The translations under genes and the position numbers were made by a program. Positions 47,239 to 55,414 of a stretch of 64,000 nt of DNA are shown here, one piece after another (the stretch's first letter is position 1; each line of letters opens with the position of its first letter). Where the stretch lies: contig VERF01000004.1 of assembly GCA_018882895.1 (NCBI GenBank), positions 554-64,553 of the forward strand. The letters are read 5' to 3'. This stretch comes from Candidatus Kapaibacterium sp. (GTDB lineage Bacteria; Bacteroidota; Ignavibacteria; Kapaibacteriales; Kapaibacteriaceae). The notes beneath the pieces are model-generated. The model was not told where the DNA came from, did not search any database, and saw only the letters and a list, made by a program, of their open reading frames with translations.

Positions 47239-48393
47239 ATGAGTCTGGCAATTGCACTGGTTTTGATGTTCAGCGGCATCGCTGCGGTTTCGGCTGCAGA
47301 TACCGTGCGTGTGGCGTCCTACAATCTTCTGAAGTTCAGTCAGGACAACGAGGACGGTCGAATTCCGATGTTCAGGCAGATCCTGGACTCGATTCGGCCC
47401 GACGTCGTAGTCTGTTCAGAGGTGGCCGACGCAACGGTCGGGCCTCGGTTCGTTTCAGATGTGATGCGGTGGGCTCCATTTGCAGCTACGCCATACTACG
47501 ATGGACCCGATACAGATATCCTGGTGCTATATAACCAGTTGAAATTCAGCCTCCTTGGCACGCGGCGCATTCCCACAGAGCTGCGGGACATCTTTGAGGT
47601 AACGCTTGAGCATTTGGATAAGGACGGCAGGGCCGACGACACGGTCGTCGTCTATGGCCTGCACCTAAAAGCATCTTCGAGCTCCTCCGATGAGCAGCAA
47701 CGTACGCGTGAGATGACGGCTCTTGTGTCGAACATTACACAGCGACGCAATGCCGTCATTTGCGGAGACTACAATGTCTATCGTCCCGACGAACCGGCAC
47801 TGCAAGCACTGATAGGTCCAAGCGCAAAGCGCCAATTCGTAGACCCTCTCGGTTCAAACTGGCGTCGTAACGACGTTGCCTTCGCCTCATTCTACACGCA
47901 GTGCACGCGGGCAACGACAATCGCCGGCTGTGGTGGCGGCGTTGACGGTGGAATCGATGATCGGTTTGATTTCATTCTGCCAAGTGCGGAGCTCGCACCG
48001 CGCGTTCTAACGTCCACCTACACGGCATTTGGTAACGATGGTGCTGCACGCTTCAACAAATCCATCGATGATCCGCCAAACACAAAGGTCAGCGCCAGCA
48101 TGGCTGCCTCCTTGAAATGCGCCTCCGATCACCTGCCGATCTATGTTGATATCGTGATGGGCGAGCTGTTCACATCCGTCGGCGACGACGCTGCCACAGG
48201 CTGGTGGAAGTGTGATGGTCGAACGATCACCATCATGGGGGGCACCCCCGATGTGACCATCTACTCATCTCAGGGACGGCGCGTGTCCGTTCTGCCGATG
48301 TCGCAAATGGTCCAGACCATCGATGACCTACCCACAGGCTCATACATCATTCACCGGGCCAACGCAGTAGTCCGTGCGGTGATCATACGCTAG
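47239..48393 (+). CDS. Secreted endonuclease/exonuclease/phosphatase (EEP) family protein, probable T9SS cargo
   Basis: Signal peptide followed by VRVASYNLLKF. Also VVCSEV, GDYN and a terminal SDHLPIYVDI catalytic motif. The C-terminal ~70 aa are beta-rich and end PTGSYIIH..VIIR. Confidence 0.8.
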   Translation: MSLAIALVLMFSGIAAVSAADTVRVASYNLLKFSQDNEDGRIPMFRQILDSIRPDVVVCSEVADATVGPRFVSDVMRWAPFAATPYYDGPDTDILVLYNQLKFSLLGTRRIPTELRDIFEVTLEHLDKDGRADDTVVVYGLHLKASSSSSDEQQRTREMTALVSNITQRRNAVICGDYNVYRPDEPALQALIGPSAKRQFVDPLGSNWRRNDVAFASFYTQCTRATTIAGCGGGVDGGIDDRFDFILPSAELAPRVLTSTYTAFGNDGAARFNKSIDDPPNTKVSASMAASLKCASDHLPIYVDIVMGELFTSVGDDAATGWWKCDGRTITIMGGTPDVTIYSSQGRRVSVLPMSQMVQTIDDLPTGSYIIHRANAVVRAVIIR

Positions 48394-48396
48394 GCA

Positions 48397-48425
48397 TTAA
48401 AAAGGGGCTGGCGAAACAAGCCCCC
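48397..48425 (-). terminator. Intrinsic terminator between convergent genes (stem formed by the AGGGGC / GCCCCCT word pair)
   Basis: GGGGCT (48404-48409) pairs with AGCCCC (48419-48424). On the minus strand the hairpin is followed by TTTTT (plus-strand A-run 48399-48403), directly after the stop at 48431. Confidence 0.6.
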
Positions 48426-48430
48426 TAACA

Positions 48431-49405
48431 TCACTGACCGAGAAGCCAAGCAAAGATGAGCGGAGCGACGATCGTTGCGTCCGACTCAATGATGAACTTC
48501 GGCGTGGCGATATCGAGCTTGCCCCAGGTGATCTTTTCGTTCGGGACAGCTCCCGAATACGAACCATAGCTTGTTGTGCTATCCGAGATCTGGCAGAAGT
48601 ATGACCAGAACGGCACGTCGTGCCATTCCAAGTCCTGATACATCATCGGCACTACGCAGATAGGGAAATCGCCGGCGATACCGCCACCGATCTGGAAGAA
48701 GCCCACGCCCTTGCCTTCGGAGTTCTTACGATACCAGTCAGAGAGCCAGACCATGTAGTCGATGCCGCTTTTCATCGTGGTGGACGTGAGTTCGCCCTTG
48801 ATGCAATACGAGGCGAAGATGTTGCCCATCGTCGAGTCTTCCCATCCCGGCACCACGATCGGCAGGTTCTTCTCAGCAGCCGCGATCATCCACGAATTCT
48901 TGGGGTCGATCTCATAATACTGCTCCATCTCTCCGCTCAGGAGCATCTTATACATGTACTCGTGCGGGAAGTACCGTTCACCGGCGTCTTCGGCCATCTT
49001 CCATTGCTTGAAGATGTGCTTCTGGATGCGGCGAAATGCCTCCTCCTCCGGTATACAGGTATCGGTGACGCGGTTGAAGCCCCCTTCAAGAAGCTCCCAC
49101 TCATCCTTCGGTGAAAGGTCGCGGTAGTTCGGCACGCGCTTGTAATGCGAGTGCGCCACCAGGTTCATGATGTCCTCTTCCAGGTTCGCACCCGTGCAGG
49201 AGATGATCTGCACCTTATCCTGGCGGATCATCTCAGCAAGAGATATGCCCAGCTCGGCAGTACTCATGGCGCCGGCTAGGGTAACCATCATCTTGCCACC
49301 TTCGGCCAGGTGCGTCTCATAGCCCTTGGCTGCGTCGACAAGTGCGGCGGCATTGAAGTGCAGATAGTTCGATTCGATAAACTGTGATATCGGTCCGCGT
49401 TGCAT
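48431..49405 (-). CDS. Deoxyhypusine synthase-like protein (homospermidine synthase-like)
   Basis: LAGAMSTAELG, ISCTGANLEEDI, RVTDTCIPEE and GGGIAGDFPICVVPM, typical of the DHS family. ATG at 49405 verified. Confidence 0.85.
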   Translation of the reverse strand: MQRGPISQFIESNYLHFNAAALVDAAKGYETHLAEGGKMMVTLAGAMSTAELGISLAEMIRQDKVQIISCTGANLEEDIMNLVAHSHYKRVPNYRDLSPKDEWELLEGGFNRVTDTCIPEEEAFRRIQKHIFKQWKMAEDAGERYFPHEYMYKMLLSGEMEQYYEIDPKNSWMIAAAEKNLPIVVPGWEDSTMGNIFASYCIKGELTSTTMKSGIDYMVWLSDWYRKNSEGKGVGFFQIGGGIAGDFPICVVPMMYQDLEWHDVPFWSYFCQISDSTTSYGSYSGAVPNEKITWGKLDIATPKFIIESDATIVAPLIFAWLLGQ

Positions 49406-49432
49406 GTCGACTCCGTGTTCGAAAGTGGACGG

Positions 49433-49440
49433 CAAAATTA
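49433..49440 (-). promoter_or_regulatory. Candidate -7 box (TAATTTTG) for the DHS-like gene
   Basis: Plus-strand CAAAATTA at 49433-49440 lies 28 nt upstream of the 49405 ATG. No clear -33 element. Confidence 0.3.
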
Positions 49441-49486
49441 CCACGGATAGGCCTCTGCGCAGTCTGCAGAGCCATATATTGCCACC

Positions 49487-50566
49487 ATGGTACAGCATAT
49501 TCCATGGGCCCGGGTCACCGGTTTCGCGGCTGCCATCATTGCCCTTATCGCATCCGGCATCGTTCTGAAGAATCTGAGCGGCATTCTCATCCCGTTCGTC
49601 CTGGCCGGCTTCCTGTCGATCCTCTTCAAACCGCTGGTGCAGTTTTTGCGTGCCAAGGGCGTGCCGATGGCGATCTGCCTCATTCTCGTGCTCATCGTAT
49701 CAGGCTCAGCTCTCTGGATCGTCTATGTCATCGTCGCCGCCGGCATTGAGGCCTTTCAGGAACGATCCGCATTCTATTCCCAGCAACTTCAAAGCGTGAT
49801 TGCCTCAATGAATGAGGCCGTTGCCCCAATGCTCAAGAGAGCACGAATCAAATCCATCACGTGGGGCGACGTTGTATCGGCCGAGCGTGTGACATCGTTT
49901 GCAACCTCGCAGCTGACAGCGATCTTCTCTGTGCTGAGTGACGGATTGATGGTGTTGTTGTATCTGATGTTCATGCTCTTGGGACACGAGACATTCCCCG
50001 CCAAGGTTCGCTATGCGTTCACGGACGAGCGCGGAACCATGCTCCTGGCGCTGTTTCGCACGCTCAACACCAAGGTTCGCAAGTACCTGATCGTTAAGAC
50101 CGCCTTTAACCTTCTGAATGGCTTCATCACGTGGGCCATTTTGGCGGTCTTTGGCGTGGACTTCGCTCCTCTGATCGGTCTGCTGGCCTTTGTCTTCCAC
50201 TACATTCCAAACATCGGGTCAGTGATCTCTACGCTGATACCGGCGCTGTTGTTTCTGTTGCAGACTCGAGACATGGCTCAGGTTGCCATCCTCACTGCAG
50301 TGCTGACGGTGGTGCACAACCTCATTGGAAACACCATAGAACCAAAGGTCATGGGAGACCGACTGGATCTAAGTCCGGTGGTGGTTCTGTTCTCCCTCAT
50401 TTTTTGGGGATGGATGTGGGGGATCGTCGGCATGGTGCTGTCGATACCGATCATGGCCGTGGCCAAGGCACTCCTCGGCAGCGTTGAATCAACACGTCCG
50501 CTGGCCATCTTAATGGGAAGCGGTGAGCCCCCTACCGTCGAACTTCAAGAGCCCAGCGCGCCCTAA
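49487..50566 (+). CDS. AI-2E family transporter (PerM/YhhT-like permease)
   Basis: About 8 TM segments with a conserved C-terminal region FHYIPNIGSVIS...LFSLIFWGWMWGIVGMVLSIPIM. Confidence 0.85.
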   Translation: MVQHIPWARVTGFAAAIIALIASGIVLKNLSGILIPFVLAGFLSILFKPLVQFLRAKGVPMAICLILVLIVSGSALWIVYVIVAAGIEAFQERSAFYSQQLQSVIASMNEAVAPMLKRARIKSITWGDVVSAERVTSFATSQLTAIFSVLSDGLMVLLYLMFMLLGHETFPAKVRYAFTDERGTMLLALFRTLNTKVRKYLIVKTAFNLLNGFITWAILAVFGVDFAPLIGLLAFVFHYIPNIGSVISTLIPALLFLLQTRDMAQVAILTAVLTVVHNLIGNTIEPKVMGDRLDLSPVVVLFSLIFWGWMWGIVGMVLSIPIMAVAKALLGSVESTRPLAILMGSGEPPTVELQEPSAP

Positions 50567-50568
50567 CT

Positions 50569-51249
50569 TTGTTTATGCGCATTGAGCTTAACGACGTCAC
50601 AGTCGACACCCGGCACGGTCCCATCCTTACGGGAGTAACCCTTTCGTTGGAGCCCGCCTCCAAGACGGTCATCACCGGACCCGGCTCATGTGGCAAATCC
50701 GTCCTGCACTCGGTCCTTCTCTGGCAGAGCCGGCCAACCTCGGGTAGCATGATCATCAACACGGTTCCGGCCGCGACTATGTCGGCCGGAAGCCTCCGCA
50801 GATATCGCACGCAGCTCGGCGTCATCGCACAGATACCCACGTTCGACCATGAGTTAACGGTGTTCGAGAACCTGCTGCTGGCTGCCGCAGCGCGCGGGCT
50901 ACGGCGCGAAGAGGCCACATCTGCAGCGCTTGAGGCGCTGGCCGACGTGGGCATGAGCCACCGTCGAAGTCACCGTGTTGATGAGCTCTCGGATGCTGAG
51001 CGGACACTGGTTGGAATTGCTCGCGCCGTTACGGGCCCAACGTCGATGCTGCTCATCGACGATGCATTTGTAGGATTGGACGAGCCGACCCTGCGCACGG
51101 CGCTTGACATGATGCTGACGACCGCGTCGCGACGGGAGATCGGGCTGGTGATCACAACGTCCGACCCGACGCTTGCAGAGCTGATCCCTGGTTGTGACCG
51201 ATACACGATGCATGAGGGCCGACTTTCACCACTGCAGGAGGCGGCATGA
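50569..51249 (+). CDS. FtsE-like ABC ATPase-fold protein with degenerate catalytic motifs
   Basis: Walker A GPGSCGKS is intact. The signature is LSDAE (not LSGGE), Walker B is LLIDDAFVGLD (no catalytic Glu) and the H-loop position reads TSD (no His). No FtsX-like permease gene is adjacent. Confidence 0.7.
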   Translation: MFMRIELNDVTVDTRHGPILTGVTLSLEPASKTVITGPGSCGKSVLHSVLLWQSRPTSGSMIINTVPAATMSAGSLRRYRTQLGVIAQIPTFDHELTVFENLLLAAAARGLRREEATSAALEALADVGMSHRRSHRVDELSDAERTLVGIARAVTGPTSMLLIDDAFVGLDEPTLRTALDMMLTTASRREIGLVITTSDPTLAELIPGCDRYTMHEGRLSPLQEAA

Positions 51250-51992
51250 AGCGCATCGCCATCATTGGTCATGGGGCTATGGGGCGCGAAGTCGAACAGC
51301 TTGCCGAGCCCCTTGGCATGACAATAGCCGGGGTCTATGATCTGGATCGTCCGATCACATCAATCACAAGTGCCGACTTCGATGTGGCCATCGACTTTTC
51401 CTGGCCCGATGCCGTCATCGATAATGTCCGCGCAGTGTCAGCTCTGAATCGCCCCATCGTCATCGGCACAACCGGATGGTATGACCACATGGATGCGGTG
51501 AAGTCGATCATCGAAACGTCATCCGTTGGCTGCGTCTGGGGTTCGAACTTCAACATCGGAACGCACCTCTTTGCTCGCATCGTGCAGCGTGCTGCCCAAC
51601 TGGTCGATGCGCATTCCAGCTTTGACGTGATGGTGCATGAGTGGCATCACAAGCGCAAGCGCGACAGTCCGAGCGGAACGGCTCTGACACTGGCGTCCAC
51701 CATCATGGAGGTGCTCAGTCGTAAGACCTCGATCAGCACCGAGACGCAGCACGAGAAGATCGATCCGGCCGCACTCCACGTCAGTTCAACGCGTGGAGGT
51801 GAAGTGATCGGACGTCACCAGGTTACCATCGACGGACCATACGAGACCATCGACATCATACACTCAGCCAAGAACCGTCAGGGTTTTGCTCAGGGGGCTC
51901 TACTGGCAGCCTCATGGATCTACGGTCGCACTGGCTTCTACGACATTGCCAACGTGATCGACTCGCTCACCACCGAAACTTCAGGTACATGA
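51246..51992 (+). CDS. dapB: 4-hydroxy-tetrahydrodipicolinate reductase
   Basis: MKRIAIIGHGAMG NAD(P)-binding start, VIGTTG, and EWHHKRKRDSPSGTAL (the E-HH-K-D-PSGTA motif). Confidence 0.9.
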   Translation: MKRIAIIGHGAMGREVEQLAEPLGMTIAGVYDLDRPITSITSADFDVAIDFSWPDAVIDNVRAVSALNRPIVIGTTGWYDHMDAVKSIIETSSVGCVWGSNFNIGTHLFARIVQRAAQLVDAHSSFDVMVHEWHHKRKRDSPSGTALTLASTIMEVLSRKTSISTETQHEKIDPAALHVSSTRGGEVIGRHQVTIDGPYETIDIIHSAKNRQGFAQGALLAASWIYGRTGFYDIANVIDSLTTETSGT

Positions 51993-52396
51993 TGCAACTG
52001 CGTATTCGTCTCACGGTTTTCGTTCTGGCCATGACGCTGATCTTGGCCAACAATTCCGGCTCGGCCGGAGGCAGCCCGAGGCCGCATGGTGGGGTGCGAT
52101 TCGACCCACCGACGCTCGTTGTCACGCGCGACAGTACGGGATTCGTACAATCAATGGTCAGGGTCTACAGCGATCACGGTGACTCGATCCGCGTGATGGG
52201 AGTCAGCGGATCCTGCGGTTGTGCCTCGGCCTCTGTGCAGCGCCCGCTCATGCACGACACAACGCCGGCGAAGATCTACGTGATGATCGACGCACGACAT
52301 TTCAAGGACAGCATCAATACCGTCCAGTATACCGTCAATCATTCAGGCAGCTCGCGGCCTGCCATGTTCAACGTCAGCGTCAGGTGCAAACCCTAA
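51989..52396 (+). CDS. Small secreted DUF1573-like protein
   Basis: Signal/anchor LTVFVLAMTLILANN and a GSCGCASASV (CGC) motif that I associate with DUF1573. The ATG at 51989 overlaps the dapB stop. Confidence 0.55.
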   Translation: MMQLRIRLTVFVLAMTLILANNSGSAGGSPRPHGGVRFDPPTLVVTRDSTGFVQSMVRVYSDHGDSIRVMGVSGSCGCASASVQRPLMHDTTPAKIYVMIDARHFKDSINTVQYTVNHSGSSRPAMFNVSVRCKP

Positions 52397-52408
52397 GGGA
52401 GCTCAATC

Positions 52409-52810
52409 ATGCAGTACTGGCTCGTGAAATCCGAACCTGAGGTCTATTCCTGGGAGCAATTCGTCAAGGACAAGCGAACGTTCTGGGACGGTGTGCGCAA
52501 CTACCAGGCTCGCAATAACATGCAGGCCATGGAAAAGGGCGACCAGGTGATCTTCTATCACTCGAGCGACGTCAAGGCAGCCGTCGGCATTGCCGAAGTC
52601 GTCAAGACCGCGTATCCGGATCCGACAACGGACGAGCCCGCATGGGTAGTGGTCGACTTGAAACCGGTTCGCCCCTTGAAAACTCCCGTCACCCTGGCAC
52701 AGATCAAGGCCATGCCGGCAATGAACAACGTCGCCCTTGTACGTCAGGCACGACTGAGCGTTCTGCCGCTTACGGCAGATGAGTTCGGGATGATCGTGAA
52801 GGGCGTTTAG
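52409..52810 (+). CDS. EVE (PUA-like) domain protein
   Basis: MQYWLVKSEPEVYSWEQF...WDGVRNYQARNNMQAMEKGDQVIFYHS is the canonical EVE/thymocyte-nuclear-protein-like start. 133 aa. Confidence 0.88.
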   Translation: MQYWLVKSEPEVYSWEQFVKDKRTFWDGVRNYQARNNMQAMEKGDQVIFYHSSDVKAAVGIAEVVKTAYPDPTTDEPAWVVVDLKPVRPLKTPVTLAQIKAMPAMNNVALVRQARLSVLPLTADEFGMIVKGV

Positions 52811-54309
52811 CCGCGCAGACGCTTCTTGAGCACATCGACGTCCTGGCGGATCTTCTTGTCCGTGTCGATGTAGTTCAGAATCTGCTGACAGGAGTGCAAC
52901 ACGGTCGTGTGGTCACGACCACCAAAGTGCAAACCAATGCTCTTGAGCGACGTCTGCGTCAGCTGCTTGGCAAGGAACATGCACATCTGACGGGCCAGCA
53001 CGATCTCATGCTTACGCGTCTTGGCCGAAAGCAATGCTACGTCGATCGAGTAATACTCGGAGACTTCCTTCTTGATCTCGTCGATCGTCAGAGTGCGGGC
53101 GCCGAACGAGTTCGAAACTCCACGAACCACCTCTTTGGCAAGCTCAATCGTCAGCTCACGGCTGTCGAGCGAAACCTTTGCCAACAATGAGATCAGACAA
53201 CCTTCGAGTTCGCGCACGCTACTTGTGACGTGGCGGCCAACGTATTCGAGCACATCGCCCGGGAGATCCATGCCTTCTTCCATGCTTTTCTGCTGGAGAA
53301 TGGCGATCCGTGTCTCGAGGTCAGGGGGCTGAATGTCCGTTGTAAGACCCCACTGGAACCGTGAGATCAGGCGCTCGTCGAGATCTGCCAGGTCCTTTGG
53401 TTGCTTATCCGAGGTCAGGATCAGCTGCTTGCCTTCCTGATGGAGGGCATTGAAGGTGTGGAAAAACATGTCCTGGGTCTTTTCCTTACCACCCAGAAAC
53501 TGAATGTCGTCCACAATCAGAACATCCACACCTCTGTAGAAACTCGTAAAGTCGGGCACCTTGTTGGTCTGGATGGCATTGATGTACTCCATCGTGAACT
53601 TTTCGGAGTTCGTATAGAGCACTTTCGCATTCGGGTTTCGTTGAAGGATACGGTTTCCAATGGCTTGGACAAGGTGTGTCTTGCCCAGCCCCGTAGGACC
53701 GTAGATCACCAGCGGATTGAATTTCGTTCGACCCGGATTGTCTGCAACGGCGATGCCGGCTGAAGTTGCAAGCTGGTTGTTCTCGCCACGGATGAAGTTA
53801 TCGAACGTGTACCGTGGATTGAAGTACGTCGGGAAGTGTGTGGTACGAACCTGCGTCTGAGTCTGCGGACGAGCTTCGGTAAACGGAAGCGAAGGCTGCA
53901 CGCCCGTGCGCATCGTCGGAAGCTTTACCGTGCGCTGATCCGATGCGGGGGCGTTGTCATCGACGACGACCTCGAATTGAACCTTCGCCTTAGCTCCGAG
54001 AACGCGCTGGACCGTCTTCTGCAGAAGATTGGAGTAGTGCTGCTCGATCCACTCGTAGAAGAAATGGCTTGGAAGCTCAAGAGTGATGTTGCTACCGTCC
54101 AATTTGGTCGGATGCATCTTCTCAAACCATGTCTTGTAGACCTGGTCGGAGACGTTATCGCGCACTATTGCCAGACACTGTTCCCACAATGAATCAACGT
54201 CTGCTGACGAAGTCCTCGCGGTACGCTGAGTTGTCTTGCCCGTTGGGTTGGTGTTCTGACCCGAGGGGCGCTCTGCGGAGAAAAGTTTGAGAGCGTCGTC
54301 GTTTTTCAC
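52807..54309 (-). CDS. dnaA: Chromosomal replication initiator DnaA
   Basis: LWEQCLAIVRDNV..YKTWF (domain I), AAA+ YGPTGLGKTHL, VLIVDDIQFL, and the domain IV DNA-binding motif GGRDHTTVLHSCQ. Confidence 0.96.
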   Translation of the reverse strand: MKNDDALKLFSAERPSGQNTNPTGKTTQRTARTSSADVDSLWEQCLAIVRDNVSDQVYKTWFEKMHPTKLDGSNITLELPSHFFYEWIEQHYSNLLQKTVQRVLGAKAKVQFEVVVDDNAPASDQRTVKLPTMRTGVQPSLPFTEARPQTQTQVRTTHFPTYFNPRYTFDNFIRGENNQLATSAGIAVADNPGRTKFNPLVIYGPTGLGKTHLVQAIGNRILQRNPNAKVLYTNSEKFTMEYINAIQTNKVPDFTSFYRGVDVLIVDDIQFLGGKEKTQDMFFHTFNALHQEGKQLILTSDKQPKDLADLDERLISRFQWGLTTDIQPPDLETRIAILQQKSMEEGMDLPGDVLEYVGRHVTSSVRELEGCLISLLAKVSLDSRELTIELAKEVVRGVSNSFGARTLTIDEIKKEVSEYYSIDVALLSAKTRKHEIVLARQMCMFLAKQLTQTSLKSIGLHFGGRDHTTVLHSCQQILNYIDTDKKIRQDVDVLKKRLRG

Positions 54310-54658
54310 CAGTCGTTATCCCTTCATCATCCGATGGTTGCACTACCGTATCCCCACACTGCTGCATCCCAAACCATGCATCGAAACTCGGGCAACTTCC
54401 CCTTAGCTGCTGTGCCGAGCCCCTCACTGATACAAGTCGGGCTGCGAATATGGTCTGTGGATAACATGCTTCACAAGCAAAAAGTGCAGTTAGTGTGAAT
54501 TTTTTTCGCTTGGTAATTAACCAATCGTTTCGTAACGATTTTTGCTCATTACGCCATCGGCATCGCAGGGTCGCGGCTGCCCGTTGACCAGGCGCCGAGC
54601 CCTGAGCAGTCCGTATCTTCGTGCTTTCCACCACCAGTATACGGATCGGACCTGAACG
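54310..54658. other. Candidate oriC (dnaA-tatC intergenic region, the largest non-coding gap in the window)
   Basis: 349-nt gap next to dnaA with one perfect DnaA box and several degenerate ones (GTTATCCCT at 54315, TATCCCCACA around 54349). An AT-rich tract lies at 54478-54548 (AAAAAGTGCAGTTAGTGTGAATTTTTTTCGCTTGGTAATTAACC...). Confidence 0.5.
54456..54464 (-). promoter_or_regulatory. Perfect DnaA box (TGTGGATAA on +, TTATCCACA on -)
   Basis: Exact match to the 9-mer consensus read directly from the sequence. Confidence 0.7.
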
Positions 54659-55414
54659 GTGCCCAATGCCGAATCACAATCAGCCTCGGAGATGGGGTTT
54701 CTCGAGCATCTTGAGGAGCTACGCAAACGCATAATGCTCTCTGTTATTGGGATCACAGTTGCTTGCTGCGTGGTGGGATTTTATGGCGACGAGGTGATGA
54801 ATCTTCTGCTTCTTCGTCCGGCTTTGGAGTCAAAGGTCAAGCTGCAGAACATCGAACCATTCGGGCAGACCTTCCTGTACTTCAAGGTCATCGTACTCTC
54901 GGGCATCATACTTGCCTTTCCGTGGATACTCTATCAGGTTTGGCAATTCGTGGCTCCCGGTCTGTATATGACCGAGCGGAAGTGGGCACTTCGAATCACT
55001 GTCATCACGAGCATCTGCTTCCTGGCTGGCGTTTCCTTCGGATACTACTTTCTCATCCCGAGCATGCTGAGTTATGTGACGGATTTTGCCAACCCAAACA
55101 TTGAGAACAACATCGCCATCGGCAGTTATTTCAGCTTCCTGGTCAACATGCTTCTAGCGTCCGGCCTGATCTTTGAACTTCCGATGGTCACATGGGTGTT
55201 AGCGCGCATGGGGATGGTCTCGCACGTGGGGATGACGAAGTATCGCCGACATGCTATTGTGGTCATCCTCATCCTTGCGGCGGTGATCACTCCTTCTCCC
55301 GACCCGGTCACACAGATGATGGTGGCCATACCCCTCTGGATCCTCTATGAGATCAGTGTGGTGATCGCCCGAGCATCATATCCGAAGATTGCCACACCAT
55401 CACCAAACTCATGA
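54659..55414 (+). CDS. tatC: Twin-arginine translocase subunit TatC
   Basis: FLEHLEELRKRI N-terminal motif and six TM segments. The start could instead be the Met at aa 12. Confidence 0.9.
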   Translation: MPNAESQSASEMGFLEHLEELRKRIMLSVIGITVACCVVGFYGDEVMNLLLLRPALESKVKLQNIEPFGQTFLYFKVIVLSGIILAFPWILYQVWQFVAPGLYMTERKWALRITVITSICFLAGVSFGYYFLIPSMLSYVTDFANPNIENNIAIGSYFSFLVNMLLASGLIFELPMVTWVLARMGMVSHVGMTKYRRHAIVVILILAAVITPSPDPVTQMMVAIPLWILYEISVVIARASYPKIATPSPNS

